NCBI GenBank assembly: GCA_951406725.2
Contig: OX597821.1
Span: 1,550,001-1,614,000, forward strand
Length of the DNA: 64,000 nucleotides
Direction: 5' to 3'
Origin: Octopus vulgaris
Lineage: Eukaryota
Shown here: piece after piece, positions 37,590 to 53,155 of the stretch
Numbering within the stretch: position 1 is the stretch's first letter
Layout: each line of letters begins with the position of its first letter
The notes under the pieces: generated by a model
What the model was told of the DNA's origin: nothing
Seen by the model: the letters and a program-made list of their open reading frames with translations, nothing else
Database searches by the model: none
Program-made: the position numbers and the translations under genes

Positions 37590-38779
37590 ATACATATACA
37601 TGTACATATATATAGCAAATATCATAACAATTGATACGAATATCCTCATAAATACATCTTAATACAACATTATGAAGGTTATCCAAAATTAGTGAAGTTC
37701 AAATAGAGTATATGAAATATTACCAGTTTATAAACGCTGAGAGAAGCGACGCCTAATTTGAATTCAGTCTAAGACAATCCTTAATTTATTCTACATAGGA
37801 TCTTTTCCTTTAAGAAATGTATTATATAATTACTTCTATATCAATTTCATTAAATTTTAATGGGAACTTTGCAATAAGGTGTTGGCATAAATTTAGAGAG
37901 ACATTCAAGAAAATAATATATACTTATAACGCTCGAACAAATAACATAAGTTGATTCCTACGACACTAGTGATTTGCCCGATCCACCAATAGAGACATTC
38001 ATTTTACTATTAAAGGGGTAAAATTGTAAGTGAGAAATAAATGCGAGTGCTAATTATTGTATGTTAGGTTACTACGTAACTGACTTTTGTTTGCTTGTTG
38101 TATTATAATATATGGCTGTTTTGATTGTCTTTTAATCCCAAGGCGACCCGGATTGAAGAAAGCAAAATTTCTACCCCTGTCCGTTCTTATGTCAAATAAT
38201 TTCAGATATAGATCTAAATCATGTAATACATTTATTTTTATAACAAAATGGAAATTTGACTGCTATTTCTATTACATGAATAAACCATGTAAAGGTATTT
38301 TCGGTGATTGGATTTCCTGTTTTATTCTTTTGAACACAGAAGCAATTTATGTAACACTAATTGATCCATTAGCTATGTTAGTTACTGCAACGTATTTGTG
38401 GACATATATTGAAACAGAAAAAGACCAAGTATGTTTGTTCGTATATTTTAATGACGTGATTCGAAGAAAGGGTGTGAGGCATTGACAATTCGCAAATATC
38501 CAGAGCTTGACTTTTAAAAGTTAACCAATTACAGGGCATTTCAGCGTATAAATAAATTTAATCTACAAAATATATTAGTTTATTTTTTATTTGTTAATAA
38601 ACGAAGAATAGCTTTGAAGGGTTTCCATTGTGAATTTCTCCATACATCATTCAACCAGTTCGTGTTTATATTTATAATAGACGTATGATATAATATTGAA
38701 TATATATATATAATACGTATATATATATAAATAGTTAGATAGATAGATAGAGTCATAGTTGGATAGATAGATTCATGCT

Positions 38780-38836
<57 letters not shown>

Positions 38837-38880
38837 GTATATATATATACATATATGTATATGTATATATATGCATGCAT

Positions 38881-38944
<64 letters not shown>

Positions 38945-39264
38945 AAAAGTAATGTAAGGTCTGTTTGTCGATATTTACAAATGCCAGACGATGAAGCAAA
39001 TATTTCCGGATTTTGGCCTCGTTCTAGTTAACATAATGTTTGCCTGTCTAGTAATTATTTGTAGATCAATTTCTTTAATAACCACAGACAACGTTTACAT
39101 ACTGTGAATATCGGTAGTTATTGCTTGCAAACCAATCAGTGCTGAAAGTTTATAATCCACAGGTTAAGTTTGCATTATCTAGGTTTCTAAGCTTTGTGAT
39201 TTTATTTTGTTTGACTCTGAGTCTGCCTGTCTCTGTCTGTCTCCTATCAGGCTGTCTGTGCAAA

Positions 39265-40740
<1,476 letters not shown>

Positions 40741-41202
40741 TATGATTCGTTCGATCTATTGCAAAGTTGTATAAAGCTATATAACTAAAACATTTTCATT
40801 AATCAGAAATTGCTGTGTGTATGCGTATTCGGGAATTAGTATGTCTTTAGTGTAAGCAAACATAATATAAAACACGAACATCCCAGTAAAATACCAGCAT
40901 GAAAACCAATAACAGTGAATTTTTCATTAGTAATATGTTCAAAATCCCAGCACAGCAGACCCTCCATAAGAATAATTACTATTTGCCACTGTTGACTTAT
41001 GTCGGTCTATCTTTCACTCCATTCCCTGTTTTCAATCTTCCCACTGACAAGAGTACATCGTATATCATTACATTATCTTATTTTACTATATTTAGTATAT
41101 TTAGCGTATCAAATGAAGTGTGTATCTGATGTTTGTATATGTATGTTTTAGTTTATATATACATATATATATATACGCTTGCATGTTTGTTTGTGTGTGT
41201 GT

Positions 41203-41286
<84 letters not shown>

Positions 41287-41379
41287 TAAGCCTATAAATA
41301 TATATATAGTGTAAGCCTATAAATATATATGCATTAAATATTACCTGTAAATATATATATATATCATATTCATTAAATA

Positions 41380-42567
41380 TAGTAGGGTCGGGTGAAAATT
41401 GGTTGACTCTCTTGGAATATGACCAAATGAGATTTATTTTTCAATATATTTCACTTTATTGTCCACGCATTTCTTCCATTGGCGCCGCATTACTTGGATC
41501 TCTTTGTTGAATAAGCTTTATCCTGTTGGTCAAAAATGCCATCAACAGCAGGTACAACGTCATAATCATTGCCATGTTCTAGTTTCCAGCAAATTGTTTT
41601 TTCATGTTGGAGAAAAGATGATAGGCAGATGGGGTCATAATTAGTAGAATAGGGAGGCTAATAAACCAGTTCAAGCACAGTCACGCATAGCGGACATTAA
41701 AAGCAAGGATTTGTGTGTTGGAACATTTTTCTCATGAAAAAAGACCATTTTTGTCAGTTTACTGGACGTTTGGTCTTGATAGGCTTTGGTAACTGCCTCA
41801 ACAAGTTAGCATCGTATTCTCCATTGATGGTGTGGCTCTTTTGAAGATAGCCAATAAACAATGCTTTTTCCATACTCCAAAAAGCGATCCATCACCTTCC
41901 CTACAGATGAAACGACATAAATCTTCTTTGGAGCATGTGAGGTGGAGCATGGACTCTGTCTCTGGCTCGAAATGTTATGAATCCAACACTCATCCTGGGT
42001 TAGGAAACGTTCAAAGAAATCAACTGGATCTGCCTCAGATGATGTCAGATTTTCCCTGCTTGGTGCCTTTTGGTCAGGTCTCAGATTTGCGGCCGACTGA
42101 GCAGAAACCTTCGTCATGCCAAGTTTATTGTGCAGAATATTCTCAACTCTCTCACGGAATACGCTAATAGCATCGTCTATGTGATTTATGGTCAATTACC
42201 TGTCATGCCACACCATGCGGTGAACGCAATGTTTTCCTCGGTGGCGGCAGTTGTAAGACGTCCTGACCTTGGGTCATCCTCAACACTGTCCCCTCCTGAT
42301 GTAGCAATCGTGTCAGCATGAATGTTATTTGGAGGGTAAACTCTTTTTCTGAAGGTAGTTCTTAACACCATAATACAAAATTTTGTCCATTTTTCAAGAG
42401 AAATCGCTACTAGTAACATTAGAAGTCTTCTTTGAAGAATTAGACATCACCGCACCTGAAAAGAAGCAATGTAGTTATTATCAAGCGTGGAAATTAACGC
42501 CTGTAAGATTTCACAGCTTTAGCATGACTAGTTTATAGTCAGCCTATGAACTTTAGATCCCTCATAT
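41380..42567 (-). pseudogene. Decayed mariner (DD34D-type) transposon
   Basis: Minus-strand motifs SVEDDPRSGRLTTAATEENI, ILHNKLGMTKVSA, FFERFLTQDECWIH and C-terminal RQWKKCVDNKVKYIEK*; degenerate TIRs at both ends. Confidence 0.85.
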
Positions 42568-43087
42568 ATCATATTCATGTTACATACAAACACACACGTA
42601 CGCGTGCGCGCACACACACACATATTTATGAGAATATATATATATGTATGTATGTATACTGTGTTTCTCTGTTATCTTGGTGCGATACGGTGAATACATT
42701 TAAGACTTTAGCTCTTATTTCTAGCAGGTGGATGCTTGTTTAAGCATCCTAACGCTTCGTACAAATTTATAATTCATAGCTATTCAATGCTATTGCGCCT
42801 GCGATCCACCTATGTCACTGATGGTGATATCATCAATTTTAAAATTTATCCACAAATGATATGAACAGTAATGACATCTGATTTCAAATCTCAGTGTTTG
42901 AATGTTTCGCTAATATATATATATATATATATATATATGCATTTAATTTGTTTTGGGCAAATGTTTCTAAATGCGCTTGTAAAAACCCTTATGCTTCGAG
43001 TTGTCGGCTACCAGATTTATATATATATATATGTATATACCTGAAATTTTTTCTGTAAAAAAACTTCATCCTATATTAGTGTATATA

Positions 43088-43141
<54 letters not shown>

Positions 43142-44291
43142 CATATATTTATATATTTATATATGTATATATGTATGTATGTATGCGTATATGCACACAC
43201 TTAATACATCTGGACCAACATTGGTCAACACACTGCAAACGCAATGAAAGAAGACGGTTAAAAGCATAATTTAGACCTTGCATAAGTATATGAATGAAAC
43301 TATGCAAAAAGAAATTTTTTTATCGTTAAATATAGCGATTTTCTCTATCTTCTATGAAAGACGAAACTAGTCATTTTGTCCTCCAACGAAAATCTACAAG
43401 AATATCTTTGATAAAGAGAGTAATTGCATATCTGTTAAATATGGTTATAACCTCGCATGCTCATTTAAAAATCGTAGAGATTCGTGTTTTATGAATATAT
43501 TATATCTAATTTCATGGATAAATTTATAGATCTTCCGTAAGACTCTTTCGTTATACTAAAGAATTTCAATCATGTTTTCAATTTCATGCCACATTTAAAA
43601 TGTTTTATAGCGTAACACTCGAGCGCATACCGTGACAGGTAAAATAATTTTATAGATGTTAACATTTGGTAGGGATTTTTATAAGTGGAAATAATTTCAG
43701 TAACTTAGCAAAGGAAAATGTACGTGGTCACTGGACCTTAATTTACGCTACCATCTTTAATAAATTATAAAGGATTCGTTGATGGATGAGACGTTTTGGC
43801 GCAGCCGTTTGTCGCTGCCTATTTGGAATCAAATATTGTGATATTTCTTTCGCACTGTCTCCTTTTCTCTGTCTGTGTTTATGTATATGGAGTTAGTTCT
43901 GTGTGTTTATGAGGAAAATGAAAGTGTTCATGTCAATTGTATTCAGTTAATCAATTGTAAGGACATTTTTCCCCTGCCATCCTCTCTGTTTCAAACACTC
44001 CCTGTTCGTATATGCTTGTTTCTACGCTCATGTGCATGTGTTTGTACGTGAGTGTGTGTGCGTGTGTATGGTTGACTTCTGTGCCACAAAGCATTGTTGC
44101 CAAAACAGGTCGGGTGTCCAGTGAACCGTGTCAAATCGTCAACCACCCTGAATCATCTCATTGTGTCGAATGAAATAAACTGGAGAATAGACACGATGCA
44201 CACGATCTCTACCTTCAATTCTACAAAACAAAAACAAACAAAACATGTACCGCAAAATATATTACTATGAACAAAATTATATGTATATATA

Positions 44292-44452
44292 TAGGCGTAG
44301 CTGTGTCGTAAGGAGCTTGCTTACCAACCACATGGTTCCGGGTAAAGTCCCACTGCGTGGCACTTTGGGAAGGTGCCTTCTACTATAGCCTCGGGCCGAC
44401 GAAAGCCTTGTGAGTGGATTTGGTAGACGGAAACTGAAAGAATCCCGCCGTA

Positions 44453-44493
<41 letters not shown>

Positions 44494-44782
44494 GTGTGTA
44501 TTGGTACATTCATGGTTGTATTATTATATATTATATTATTATATATATTATTATTATTATTATTATTATTATTATGTATATGTATGTAATGTCTGTGTAT
44601 TATCCTCCCAACATCGCTTGACAACCAATGCTGTTTACGTCCCCGTAACTTAGAGGTTCCGCAAAAGAGACCGATAGAATACGTACTAGGCTTACAAAGA
44701 ATAAGTCCTGGGGTCGATTTCCTCGATTAAAGGTGGTGCTCCAGTATGGCCACAGTCAAATGACTGAAACAAGTAAAAGAGT
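44292..44782 (+). mobile_element. SINE family A (internal tract includes (TAT)n)
   Basis: Full copy. Confidence 0.85.
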
Positions 44783-45911
44783 ATATATATATATATGAAA
44801 ATGTGGAAAGAAATATAAATTTTCGATGAACGTAAACAGGCACTTAAATGGATTTGTTTCTTCCATTGTTAAACACTCAATTTTTGAATTCGAAAATACA
44901 TGCACCATCATGGCACACGACGTATCATTGGCAATTAAAAAGCCATGGTTCTCTTCCCAGGTCTGCTGCAGCAGATTTCTCTCTGAGTAAATATTCATCT
45001 TCTGCCATCGAACGAAGTCATAGCGTTACATCGTTCTGACATCCTCATAGTGTTTTCTTGGCAAAAATATGACGGTGGTCTGCAACTAGATGACTATTGG
45101 CCTGCAAGGAGCTCATCCGATTTTCGACAGTTCCTCTTTTTAGTCCTGCTGTGTGTCCAGGCACGCTTCTCAGGAGAGGAATAGGCTACTCAAGCAAAGG
45201 GGCATGTTTAATCGTCGACCACCTCACCATGGGACAAAATATATATATATATATATATATCAGTAGCAGGTCTAATCAGCCTGTGGTTAAATCCCTGACC
45301 TGGCATAAATCATACAGTAAGTGCTTTATTTCTTTTCGCATTAGAACACATGTTTTGGGCTTTTCAACACCTCTCAAAACCCTACAATTTTTAATTCGGC
45401 TGAGTGTTTCAGGATGATTTCACTTTGAATTTTTTCATGTTACAAAATTCGCAATAGGGCCTCTATCATTGACGAAAGTAAACAAACACTCGTCAAGCCT
45501 TGGGATCGATTTATTTGACTATGCTCCTTCCCCAAACCTACTTAAAGAAAGAAAGAAAAAAGCATATACTTCTATCTGTTAGAAAATCATTATTTGTTTT
45601 TATAGTAAAAAAAAAAAATGGTTCGTGGAAAATAAATCGGAATATATGTGGAATGCCTGGGTGGGTGGGTGGACTAAGTATGATTTGAAGATGAAAGCAA
45701 AAAACAAATGAATAAGAAAAACGAAAAATTAGATAGAAATACGTAATAAGCTGGGAAAATGGAGACCGGAGTACTTGTGTGTATGTGTGTGTGTGTGTGT
45801 GTGTTTGCTTGTGTGCGTATCTGTTGATCGAGTGCCTGTGTATGTTGCATATCTGGGCATTTATATGCGTATATACGTATATAAATACATAGACATATCC
45901 CTCTATCTTTC

Positions 45912-45971
<60 letters not shown>

Positions 45972-45972
45972 A

Positions 45973-46005
<33 letters not shown>

Positions 46006-46015
46006 ACTATCTATC

Positions 46016-46046
<31 letters not shown>

Positions 46047-46147
46047 CTATCTAAACTAGTAACTAGCGAGCTAGCTCTCTCTCTCTTTGTTCACCCTTCT
46101 CTCACTCACTCACTCTCTCTCTGTGCATATGTATGTATATACATATA

Positions 46148-46199
<52 letters not shown>

Positions 46200-46664
46200 C
46201 GCACAGAGAGATAAAGAGAGGGATAGAGAAAGGGAGATAAAAATATATGGTATGTTGTCAATATTTACCATAAAGAATAAAAAATGGGAAAGGAAAAACA
46301 GCAGCATTAGACAGAATTAAAGAGAACTATACGCAGGGAGAGAGATTTTTTGTGGAGGAAAAAAAAGCTGTTCAAAAGAATGATAGATTGGTAATTATTA
46401 TTCCAAAGTATGGTGAAGAATAAATAGGTTATATTTACTGAAAAATCTGTTGAAGAATTCAATAAATCTTATCAAAATTAAATACTTGTTGGCACATCTC
46501 GCCTAATATCGACATTTGAGTCTTATAGGTACATCATATGTGTGTGAGTGAAAGTCGGTGTATGCGTGGAAGTCGATGTATGCTTACCCGTTTTATGTGG
46601 GTATCTCTCTATCTCTTTCTCACTCTCTCCTTCTGTCTGTCTGTCACTGTCTCTGTCTCTTTTC

Positions 46665-46709
<45 letters not shown>

Positions 46710-46828
46710 CATGTGTGTGTGTATGCACGTTTGTGTCTCTGTATGTATGAGCGTATGCAAATATTAATACGCAGACACCTTCATATACACACGTATTTAT
46801 GCATGTATGTACGCAAGCATGCATGTCT

Positions 46829-46865
<37 letters not shown>

Positions 46866-47059
46866 CATATACTTTAACATACATTCATTCACACGCATAT
46901 ATATACATACTTGTATACATACAATATACATTCATACATACATACTTAAATACACGAATACATACATACATACATACATACATACATCACGTGTGCGTAT
47001 GAGTTTATCTGCGTATCATTATTCGCATACGCGGTCACCAGTCATCTCGCCATGTTGGA

Positions 47060-47258
47060 TCGTTGAACGCAGCATACTTTCCTCTCTCCGTTTTTTTTTA
47101 ATTCTCCCACCATTCCTCCCTCTTAATCCTTTCTGTCGAAGAACGTAGGCTCGAAACGTAAAAGACTTTTCCATTCTTGCCGAGCGTTAAACTAATACAC
47201 CTGCTTGTTTTTCCTACACCTGTTTTCGTCTTTTGTTTCCTGTTAATTTGAACTATAT
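47060..47258 (+). mobile_element. Penelope-like terminal-repeat fragment ending in (TATC)n
   Basis: Pyrimidine-rich segment containing a decayed hammerhead motif, running into a microsatellite. Confidence 0.5.
47128..47165 (+). ncRNA. Decayed minimal hammerhead-like motif
   Basis: CUUU-CUGUCGA-A-GAAC.GUAG.GCUC-GAAA-CG-UA^AAAG; stem III ACGU palindromic; core A6 is changed. Confidence 0.5.
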
Positions 47259-47260
47259 TA

Positions 47261-47383
<123 letters not shown>

Positions 47384-47489
47384 ATGTGTGTATATATACG
47401 TGCATATATATATATATATATATATATACATGCATATATATGCATATATATATATATATGCATATACATAGACACACACACCCAAACTA

Positions 47490-47790
47490 GTGACGAACTA
47501 CACGATTAAGTACTGGACTCGAAGACAGTGGAAAAGCTGTTGCTTAGTGAGTGGGATTGACTCAGTGCATAGCCTTTCCTCACTTTAAAAAAAATCTTCT
47601 TGCACAGGCATTGCACGATAACAATATTGTTCATGATTGTTGATGGTGCTGTGAGTCTCAACCGAATGCCTGGCTGTGGCCTTAAAAAGCAAATAAAAGT
47701 CACATTCAATCACAACACCAATAACAGTTAAGCTTCGTGCAATGGCTATACTCGATAACGAGGGGGCAGTCCATCATGTATGTATGTATG
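47490..47790 (+). mobile_element. 3' end of the same retroelement family as 7040-7175
   Basis: Shared cctcactttaaaaaa.atcttcttgcacaggcattgc and aagcttcgtgcaatggctatactcgataacgagggggcag. Confidence 0.7.
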
Positions 47791-47802
47791 CATGAATGTA
47801 TG

Positions 47803-47920
<118 letters not shown>

Positions 47921-47967
47921 TAATTATATCCACGCACACGCACACACACTCACACAGACATATATAT

Positions 47968-48010
<43 letters not shown>

Positions 48011-48021
48011 CACATACTCAG

Positions 48022-48270
48022 AGTGACGGCGCATAGCCTAGTGGTCAGGGTGTTGCACTCACGATCGAGTGATCGCGGTTTCAATTCTTAGACCTGGTGT
48101 TGCGTTGTGTTCTTGAGCTAAACACTTCGTCTCACGTTGCTTTGCGGTCACCTCGACACCTGACATGTGATATACCTTGCACCTCTTCTGGCCGATTTGA
48201 TGAAGCGTGTGAACTTAATGTATGGCACATACATTTGATCACTATAAGCAAATCATTTGTGTCTTATACT
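48022..48270 (+). mobile_element. SINE family D-type head and body
   Basis: tagcctagtggtcagggtg A box, ggtttcaattc B box, ttgtgttcttgagc segment. Confidence 0.65.
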
Positions 48271-49420
48271 GTAGTGTCGAGCCAACCGAAGCTTTGTGCC
48301 TGGATCTGGTAGACAGAAGCTGAAAGAAGCCCGACGTATATGTATATGCAGGGTGTCCCATAAGTAAATGATGGGTTTCAATTTTTAATAACTTCCTTAA
48401 CCTTACAAATAGATGCGTGGAATTTTGATAAAATATAAAGGACATAATGGAAATTAATATGCTCAAGTCAATTTGTGCAACAACACTACATCACATATGA
48501 AAAAGACATCGCTTCAATGGCAGCCATTTTGGGTTTCGCACGCCCATGCTCTTTCGAAAACTTGCACTATAACACCCTCAAGAGTTACAGACCCCATTTC
48601 TCTGATTTCTCTATTGATGTTATCCTTCAGTTGCACCACGGTCTCCGGTTTGTTGACGTAAACCCTCACTTTCAGGTATCCATGATTAAGACATTTTTGC
48701 GCCCAGCTTTTCAAAGTAGACCTCACACATTGTTCCAGCATGATGGGACAACTGCTCATACCGCAAGTGAAACAATGCAATTGCTACGGCACTGCTTTGG
48801 GGTGGGGAGAATAATCTCTCGCTACGGCACTGCTTTGGGGTGGGGAGAATAATCTCTCGCTACGGCAATGTCTAATGGCCTTCACGTTTCCCAAACTTGA
48901 CTAGCCCAGATTTTTTCTTGTGAGGGTACCTGAAAGAGAGGGTTTACGTCAACAAACTGGAGACCCTGTTGCTACTGAAGGAGAACACGGACTGCAAAGC
49001 AGAAAATGGCCGCCATTTAAATAAAGTCATTTTTCATATGTGATGTAGTGGTGTAGCACAATTTCGCTTGTGCGTATTAATTTCCATTATGTCCTCTATA
49101 TTGTATCAAAATTCCACGCATCTATTTGTAAAGTTAATGAAGGTATTAAAAATTGAAACCCATCATTATCTTCTGGGACACCCTGTATATATCTATGTGC
49201 GTGATTCTTTGTGTCACTGTTTCTCCTCCATCACCGCTTGGCAACCGGTGTTTGTGTGTTCCTGTCCCCGTATCTTAGCGGTTCGGTAAAAGAAGCCGAT
49301 AGAATAATGCCTAGGCTTAAGAAATTAGTTCTGGTATCGGTTTCTTTGATTAAAAACCTACAAGGCAGTGCTCCAGCATAACCGCAGTCTACAGACCGAA
49401 ACAACTAAAAGATTAAAAAG
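48270..49420 (+). mobile_element. SINE family A interrupted in its internal microsatellite by a Tc1/mariner element
   Basis: ...ctgaaagaagcccgacg at ~48335; the 3' module resumes at ~49215. Confidence 0.75.
48349..49185. mobile_element. Tc1/mariner (DD41D/rosa-like) derivative built from two inverted right ends
   Basis: TIR cagggtgtccca/tgggacaccctg+TA; plus strand FQHDGTTAHTA...WPSRFPNLTSPDFFL*GYLKERVYVNK; minus strand GYLKVRVYVNKPETVVQLKDNI...CETQNGCH. Confidence 0.8.
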
Positions 49421-49909
49421 CATATATATATATGTATATATACATACATATACACATAAATATACACATATATATACATAAATATATACATACATACGTA
49501 CATACATACATGTGTGTGTATGTGTGTGTATGTTTGTCGAAAGAAACAGTAGTAAATTCGCAATGTATTTACTTTAAGTATAATACAAAGATGGCTTTTT
49601 TTTTTATCTAATACTGCTTCTGCTGCACGTAACGGATTCTATTTCGCCAAGAATCTATTTACAACACCAGTGATTGTTCATTCACTGTTTTCCCATATTA
49701 GTGGAAACATAATTGTCTTAGCTTACAGTTAGCAGTGAGTAAATGCTACTGTTAGCACCCAGAAACAGTATGCACATGTAACAAACCCGCATGCATCTGT
49801 TTCAACAACTTTCGGATACCGCCGTTATATGTTGTAGTTTTTAAGCATAAAACTAATACGTCATTAAAATACGTCATTAAAAGCCATTTCACTATGGTAT
49901 ACATGTCGT

Positions 49910-50120
49910 CGTTTTCCATTATGTCTTGATTTGTTCTGCCATCGTTTATCGTTTGTTTGTTTTTATCACCGTTCCTTTACGTTTGCACGTTTATTCCCAG
50001 AAGCTTTTTGCTGCTGACACCACAAAAATGATCAACGTTAAAGGCGCGAAGTTGTTACGATTTTCGGACGATAACTGAGAGAGGAGAATGTTCAAATCTA
50101 GTTTGTGATTTTTCCATGTT
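49910..50120 (+). repeat. Old diverged direct repeat, copy 1 (decayed hammerhead-like motif at 50007-50061)
   Basis: ttccattatgtct...tcccag.agc.ttttgctg.tgac.cc...aggcg.gaa.ttgttacgattt..gataactg shared with 50905-51117. Confidence 0.6.
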
Positions 50121-50296
50121 TATTTTTTTTCGGGGATGGGGATCATCTTTGTCCATATCTTGTATTCGACTTTTTCCGTGTGTCTCTTCGTCGTCTTGTG
50201 TAAGTTTTTAATCTAATTATTTAATATTACTTAACGCACCGTGCATTTTGTTCCAACACAAGGACACCTCATACAGAGAGTAATATTGGGTGTGAC

Positions 50297-50347
<51 letters not shown>

Positions 50348-50904
50348 TCTTCCGTCTATCTCCCTGTTACTTTTTCTGTCTCTCCCTTCCACTTTTCTAT
50401 TTGCTCTCTTTCTCTTTTCTTCTGCGCTCAACTGCCTTATTCCCCTTTTCCCCCTCTGTAATCCCATCTATCGCTCTCTGCCCCTTCAGCCTATATTTTG
50501 CTTCCATTTCTTCCTCTACATTTCTTTCTACTCTCCAATACCAGTCTTCTCTCTCTTCTCTCTCTTCTCTCAATACCACGTGACCATTCCTTTTCTCCCT
50601 TCACATTTCTTTCAGTTGACCCCTGATCTGGTCATTCATCGTCTCTTGGGTTCCCATTTTAGCATTTACCGACAACCCTAGATTTGTCTCATTTCCCACT
50701 TTTCATTCTATCTATCCCTCTGTTTCTTCCCCCCTTCCACCTTCATTTATCTCCTTTTTATCCTTTCTCCTTTGCAAGGCCTACAGGACATCATTTTCCA
50801 CAAGCGTTACTTCTGCACATATCTTATCTTAATGTTGTCTCAGTGTCCCTACAGCCTTTATTTATGTGTATATCTTTCTATATATTTACCAACAACCTGT
50901 GTCA

Positions 50905-51117
50905 CATTCCATTATGTCTTTTTTCTTGTTCTGTCGCCGTTTGTTCGTCCTCGTCACCGTCCTGTGCGTTCGTTCACTTAATCCCAGCAGCGTTTTGCTG
51001 TTGACGCCTCCAAAGTGAACAACCTCTCTGATAGAGGCGTGAAATTGTTACGATTTGCCGTTGATAACTGGTGATGGAAAATATCAAGTCCACGACATGT
51101 TCGAGATGTTTCCACAT
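50905..51117 (+). repeat. Old diverged direct repeat, copy 2 (decayed hammerhead-like motif at 50994-51054)
   Basis: CUGUUGA-CGCCUC...GAGGCG-U-GAAA-UUGU-UA with a perfect 6-bp stem II. Confidence 0.6.
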
Positions 51118-51193
51118 CTCCATCTGTCGTCATTCTGTGCAGTGTTTTAATTTACGATACATATATATACGTATCTATCTACCTATCCACCTT

Positions 51194-51311
<118 letters not shown>

Positions 51312-51313
51312 CA

Positions 51314-51406
<93 letters not shown>

Positions 51407-51450
51407 TCATCTATATATCTATCTATATATACATACATGCATATATAATC

Positions 51451-51521
<71 letters not shown>

Positions 51522-51533
51522 TTGAGTGTGTGT

Positions 51534-51830
51534 GGAGGCATATGGCCTTGTGGCTAGAGCAGCAGATTCCCTGTCGAGGGATCGCGGGTTCGAATCTCAG
51601 ACTGGGCGGTGCGTGTGTTTGTAAGCGAAACACCTAAGCTCCACGCGGCTCCGGCAGAGGGTAATGGCGAACTTCTGCTGACTCTTTCGCCACAACTTTC
51701 TCTCACTTTTTCCTCCTTCATCTTGCAGCTCACCTACGACGGACCGACGTCCTGTCCAGGTGGGGAACCTCTACGCCGAGGAAACCGGGAATCTGGCCCT
51801 ATGAGTGTGGCTCGAGAAGGAACAAACAAA
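51534..51830 (+). mobile_element. SINE family C
   Basis: Homologous to 3654-3926. Confidence 0.85.
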
Positions 51831-51841
51831 TATATATATAC

Positions 51842-51886
<45 letters not shown>

Positions 51887-51941
51887 GCCACACACACATT
51901 TATATAAATGTATTAATATGTATATGTATATATATGTATGA

Positions 51942-51974
<33 letters not shown>

Positions 51975-52683
51975 TGTACATGTATATATGCATATGTCCT
52001 TATATATGTGTGGTTGTGTATATCTATCTTGGTATCTACGTGTGTGTGCTTACATGTTTACACATGCATAACTGTATACACGCATGTATACAATTATATA
52101 CAAATTTGCTTTCTGCATTTGAATTCGATGTACACTTAACATGCAGCAACTTCACAGATTTATTTTCCGTTTAAAGTTGCAACATGCATACAAATATTTA
52201 GACATTTAAGGAGCTGATGGAGAAAAATGGCGGAAATATTGAGTGAGAATTTGAAAGTGAATCAGAATTGTATAGTGAGTACGATTATGGGGAAAATGTA
52301 CATGGTAACGTACTGCATATTTGCATATACGTATGTGTGTGTATATATACGTACACATACACACACACATACCTCCACACACGCCTCCACACACACACAC
52401 ACATATATATAGATTGATAGCTATATACATATATATATACCTATATATATACATACAAATATACATACATACAAATATGTATATATATATATACGTTTAT
52501 AAATATGTACATATTGACATATATTTATGAGTGTATACACTCACATAGATATAAATATAAATATATATACATGTACGTATGTATATATATATATGTATAC
52601 ATATATATATGTGTGTGTGCATATATATATGTATGTATATTAATATGTATATATATATATGTATATATATACATATAATGTAT

Positions 52684-52740
<57 letters not shown>

Positions 52741-52849
52741 GTATGCATACCTATACGAGTGTGTACCCGTATTTATATTCCACTACGCATATACATGTAA
52801 TTTATACACATGGATGTCTGTGTGGCGAGTTCTGTTTGTATGCGCGCGC

Positions 52850-52886
<37 letters not shown>

Positions 52887-52960
52887 TGTGTGTGTTTATA
52901 GAAAGGTATACACATATAGAGAAAAAAGTAACACGTATTTGCATATCTATGTCAATTTTC

Positions 52961-53016
<56 letters not shown>

Positions 53017-53155
53017 CAAACATATATATATATATATATATACACCCATACACACACACATATATGTATATATATATATATATATATACATACATACATA
53101 CATACATATAAATACGTGTATATATACCAACACACAAACTCATACACACACATAA
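51830..53155. repeat. TA/TG/CA microsatellite field
   Basis: Seen directly, with short unique interruptions. Confidence 0.85.

Larger units (their letters stand above)
32395..39067 (+). repeat. Copy 2 of ~6.7-kb duplication
   Basis: Begins acacacgcgtctttgc (=25570) and ends ttgtagatc (=32294). Confidence 0.95.

Noticed and set aside
41273-41330. 26-bp tandem duplication tagtgtaagcctataa
   Set aside because: Ordinary slippage within a TA tract.
44950-45240. Possible exon after ttctcttcccag
   Set aside because: All three frames stop within 80 bp; no homology recognised.
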